Below are positions 37,719 through 40,530 of a stretch of 40,530 bases of DNA, piece after piece. Numbering within the stretch: position 1 is the first letter of the stretch; every line of letters begins with the position of its first letter. The notes under the pieces are model-generated. The model did not search any database and was not told where the DNA came from. It was given only the letters and a program-made list of their open reading frames with translations. A program made the position numbers and the translations under genes. This DNA comes from a virus (lineage: Duplodnaviria; Caudoviricetes): the IMG/VR virus record IMGVR_UViG_3300012953_000069, positions 1-40,530 of that record; one strand, 5' to 3'.

Positions 37719-38063
37719 ATGTCAATACAGATTGTTAATGTTGGCATTACTTCCGACCATGCTGACACTGCATTAGATGGTCAACCCATTGTTAAATTTA
37801 CAGTAGAACAGGACGACACTGTGGCAAACATTAGAGACATAACTGACATCGTATCTACTGCAATTGGTAGTGGAATAGGAACTCATTTTGTTCTATCATA
37901 CGATCCAAACGCAGATAACTTTGTCTTTATAAGTCCAGACGCTGTAGTTGAATCTGCAGCAGGAAGTCAATCTGGTCCTGCGGGATTTGATTCTTCAATC
38001 ATATCAGCACTTGGTGAAGATCTAGATAATAAAATTGATCTTGATGCTGGAACTTGGGCATGA
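37719..38063 (+). CDS. hypothetical virion-associated protein (114 aa)
   Basis: ORF within the late operon; ends DLDAGTW, similar to the IDGG.F endings of fibre-associated proteins. Confidence 0.65.
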   Translation: MSIQIVNVGITSDHADTALDGQPIVKFTVEQDDTVANIRDITDIVSTAIGSGIGTHFVLSYDPNADNFVFISPDAVVESAAGSQSGPAGFDSSIISALGEDLDNKIDLDAGTWA

Positions 38064-38066
38064 ATT

Positions 38067-38073
38067 CTAAATA
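38067..38073 (+). promoter_or_regulatory. late promoter motif (CTAAATA)
   Basis: Intergenic, 21 nt upstream of the ATG at 38095. Confidence 0.6.
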
Positions 38074-38094
38074 CAACAAGGTAAGTAGGAACAA

Positions 38095-39081
38095 ATGAGT
38101 AATCCAGTACTTCAGTTTAAGAGAGGTAACGTTGCCAGTCTACCTGGATTAAGAGCAGGTGAACCTGGCTTTACCATAGACAAATATGATTTATATGTTG
38201 GTATTGACTCTACAACTTCCAATAACCAAATTATAGGTTCTTCTCGTTACTGGACAAAAGAAACTACAACAACGGGATCTGGAGTCAATCTAGTAGAGGG
38301 TACTAATAACGGTACTAATACATTAACTCTAAAGGCTCCTGCAACATTAGCAGGTGATCAGGTATATACATTTCCAGGATCAGCAACTAATAACGGATAT
38401 CTAAAGTCAGATGGTAGTGGTGGGTTGACATGGGATACTGCTCCTAATCAAGCACAAAGTGGTGGAACAGGTGCTCAAGCAGTCAATGTATCTGGAGTAG
38501 GTACTGTAACATATCTAAGTTCAACTAATGCCAATGTTACTGGTGTTAGTACTTTCGCAACTGCTCAAGTAAGTGATCTTACCTCTGGTAGAGTTGTTAC
38601 TGCTGGTACAGATGGAGAGTTAGAAGATAGTGCTAATCTGACATTTAGTGGATCAGCATTGACAGTTACAGGTACAGCAAACGTAACAAGTGATTTATCT
38701 GTTGGTGGTAATCTTACCATAAGTGGTTCTGTAACACAGATCAACACTGTCAATACAACTGTAGAAGATGTTCTTCTTGAACTACAAGTTGTAGATGGTG
38801 CTGCTTTAGGCAGTGATACCAACAAGGACGTTGGTCTTATAATGAACTACTATAGTGGTTCTGCTAAGAAAGCTGCTGTATTCTGGGATGATTCTGCAGG
38901 AAGAGTTGTTATAGGTTCAGAAGTTTCAGAGTCTTCTAGTGTTCTGACAGTAAGTACTACTGGAGATCTAGAGATAGGTGGGTTATATATCAATGATTGT
39001 GCTGGTCAGACACAAGTAATTTCTTGTTCAGGAACCACTAGATCATTAGAAAATATTACCATAGATGGTGGTTCGTTCTAG
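38095..39081 (+). CDS. short tail fibre-like protein (328 aa)
   Basis: N-terminal LQFKRG....L..GEPG....LYVG (Mtd_N/fibre anchor-like), Gly/Ser/Thr-rich beta repeats, VGGNLTISG..T..NT....VED and a C-terminal IDGGSF. Confidence 0.75.
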   Translation: MSNPVLQFKRGNVASLPGLRAGEPGFTIDKYDLYVGIDSTTSNNQIIGSSRYWTKETTTTGSGVNLVEGTNNGTNTLTLKAPATLAGDQVYTFPGSATNNGYLKSDGSGGLTWDTAPNQAQSGGTGAQAVNVSGVGTVTYLSSTNANVTGVSTFATAQVSDLTSGRVVTAGTDGELEDSANLTFSGSALTVTGTANVTSDLSVGGNLTISGSVTQINTVNTTVEDVLLELQVVDGAALGSDTNKDVGLIMNYYSGSAKKAAVFWDDSAGRVVIGSEVSESSSVLTVSTTGDLEIGGLYINDCAGQTQVISCSGTTRSLENITIDGGSF

Positions 39082-39108
39082 CATATATAGAGCAGTTGTT
39101 TTTCTAAC

Positions 39109-39309
39109 ATGAATGAGGAAGTGAACGCTGTTTTGCAGGTTTATCAAAACAGAGTAAGTACATTATTGGCACAAAATATTGCTTTAGAAGCAAAGCTAAC
39201 TGTTGCCAACAACGCAATTAAAAAATTACAAGAAGAAGTAAAAGGATTAGATAAACCCACATCTGTTCCACAAGATCCAGATCCAGTGGTAGATGGTGGA
39301 GAAGTGTGA
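39109..39309 (+). CDS. small coiled-coil protein (66 aa)
   Basis: Heptad pattern (YQNRVSTLLAQNIALEAKL); follows the fibre gene. Confidence 0.7.
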   Translation: MNEEVNAVLQVYQNRVSTLLAQNIALEAKLTVANNAIKKLQEEVKGLDKPTSVPQDPDPVVDGGEV

Positions 39310-39683
39310 TAGTTTATTTGGCAGGTCCGATTGAACAATGTTCTGAGGATGAGGTTCACTTGTGGAGAAACTATGTTTCTGAACACATACCCATTGACAT
39401 AGCTGTACTAGAACCTCGTTACGATTTAGGATCTGCTGGAGAGATATTTCACAACACAAAACAAAATGTAGAACGATGTGATATGGTTTTTGCTTATTTG
39501 CCTAAAGGGGTGAATGATAGGAGACCATCGTACGGGACTATATTTGAAATATCATATGGACATGCACTCAATAAAGAGATTGTTATTATTTCTGATGATG
39601 AGTTTGTCCATAATCATCCTGTTATGAAAGGAGTTGGTAGTCATTTCAATTGTTTAGATAATGCAATTAGATACTTATTTTAG
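39306..39683 (+). CDS. nucleoside 2-deoxyribosyltransferase / nucleotide N-glycosidase-like protein
   Basis: VYLAGPI, WR, CD...AY and SYGT.FE..Y with the catalytic Glu. GTGA overlap. Confidence 0.8.
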   Translation: MIVYLAGPIEQCSEDEVHLWRNYVSEHIPIDIAVLEPRYDLGSAGEIFHNTKQNVERCDMVFAYLPKGVNDRRPSYGTIFEISYGHALNKEIVIISDDEFVHNHPVMKGVGSHFNCLDNAIRYLF

Positions 39684-40167
39684 TGGTATTTGGCAAGATC
39701 AAAATTTTGAATCTCTTAAGTATTCTGGCTATCAGTTGGTCGATTATGTCAATGCTCAAACACCTTCTAGTGTCTTAGATGTAGGTTGTGGTTATAATAG
39801 ATTTAAGGGAAAGATAAAAAATCTTATTGGAATAGATCCTTATAATGATGCTGCTGATATCAAGGTATCAGTTGAAGAGTATAACTCAGCACCGTTTGAG
39901 ATAGCACTATGTTTAGGATCTATAAATTTTGGTAACGTAGATTACCAGTTAGAAAAACTACACACACTGTGGAGAAAGGAAGCAATATTTAGAGTCAATC
40001 CTGGCATACCACATGGTTGGATAGACTATGGAGATATGGAATGGTATCCATGGACACATGATAAGATTAAAAGTGTAGCAAAGCAATATGGATATACTAT
40101 AAAATGTCTTGAAAGCGAGCATACTGTTCAAGGAGATCTAAGATACTTTTTCATATTTGCTAAATAA
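39661..40167 (+). CDS. class I SAM-dependent methyltransferase-like protein
   Basis: VLDVGCG motif I, GIDP motif II and LCLGSINFG. Confidence 0.8.
   Translation: MQLDTYFSGIWQDQNFESLKYSGYQLVDYVNAQTPSSVLDVGCGYNRFKGKIKNLIGIDPYNDAADIKVSVEEYNSAPFEIALCLGSINFGNVDYQLEKLHTLWRKEAIFRVNPGIPHGWIDYGDMEWYPWTHDKIKSVAKQYGYTIKCLESEHTVQGDLRYFFIFAK
40160..40166 (+). promoter_or_regulatory. late promoter motif (CTAAATA)
   Basis: At the gene junction, 26 nt upstream of the ATG at 40193; AGGA Shine-Dalgarno-like sequence at about 40178. Confidence 0.55.
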
Positions 40168-40192
40168 ATCTGTAGATAGGAAAAAATTTAAA

Positions 40193-40530
40193 ATGCTTTC
40201 TGGAACAGATTTCGTCAAGAAGATCAAGGAAGGAAACAGTGAGTTGTTTGAAGCATCACGCTCAAACGTTCGTCGTTTCTTCGCTTCTAAGCCAAGTGAT
40301 GAGTATCTAGTCGAGCACTTCCGTGGACGTATGGTCAACGAAGCTCAGAATATGTACGCTATCGCTGGTCAAGTTGCATCCGCAGATCCTTCTACAGACG
40401 TAAAAGACTTAGAACTTCTAAGCCGTCAAGCTATGGACGAAGCAAAGCACTTCCGTATGGTAAAGGAAGTAATCGAGCACATCACTGGTGAAGAACTAGA
40501 TGTTGCTGCTGCATTCGCTGCAGAGGCAGA
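40193..40530 (+). CDS. ferritin-like diiron four-helix-bundle protein, truncated by the window end (not in the ORF track)
   Basis: Hand translation MLSGTDFVKKIKEGNSELF...RMVNEAQNM...LLSRQAMDEAKHFRMVKEVIE gives E...DExxH diiron ligand spacing. Codon usage is rich in TTC/ATC/AAC/CGT. Confidence 0.75.
   Translation, partial: MLSGTDFVKKIKEGNSELFEASRSNVRRFFASKPSDEYLVEHFRGRMVNEAQNMYAIAGQVASADPSTDVKDLELLSRQAMDEAKHFRMVKEVIEHITGEELDVAAAFAAEA

Noticed and set aside
16120-40338. Short nested or antisense ORFs in the structural module, including His-rich 16120..16344 and 40138..40338
   Set aside because: Shadows of long genes. The His-rich ORF is the alternate frame of the gp6 S/T tandem repeat, and 40138..40338 is antisense to the ferritin-like gene.
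1-40530. tRNA or ncRNA genes, introns, inteins, homing endonucleases and IS elements
   Set aside because: Intergenic gaps are too short once the small ORFs are included, and I recognised no such motifs by eye. A covariance-model or HMM scan would be needed to exclude them formally.

Overview
AT-rich segment of a T4-like marine cyanomyovirus-type phage genome, inferred from gene order and protein motifs. No database search was run. It has three parts. (1) 1-13.8 kb is an accessory 'tailoring enzyme' island: two small paralogous ORFs, an HpcH/HpaI-type aldolase, three SGNH/GDSL-fold paralogs, eight paralogous sulfotransferase-fold proteins that all lack the canonical PAPS-loop lysine, a 2OG-Fe(II) oxygenase, a NodU/CmcH carbamoyltransferase and a GT-A-like glycosyltransferase. 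It is closed by an intrinsic terminator. (2) 13.9-39.3 kb is the late baseplate/tail module: gp25, gp6, a gp7-like protein apparently split into 2751-aa and 1234-aa genes, gp8, a 2432-aa VrlC/DUF4815-like protein, small virion proteins and a short fibre, with TAAATA late-promoter motifs at gene junctions. (3) 39.3-40.5 kb holds a nucleoside deoxyribosyltransferase-like protein, a SAM methyltransferase and a truncated ferritin-like diiron protein. The most notable candidate system is the expanded and apparently diversifying sulfotransferase-like/SGNH/carbamoyltransferase cluster. It may decorate a glycan on the virion or host surface; this is inference.
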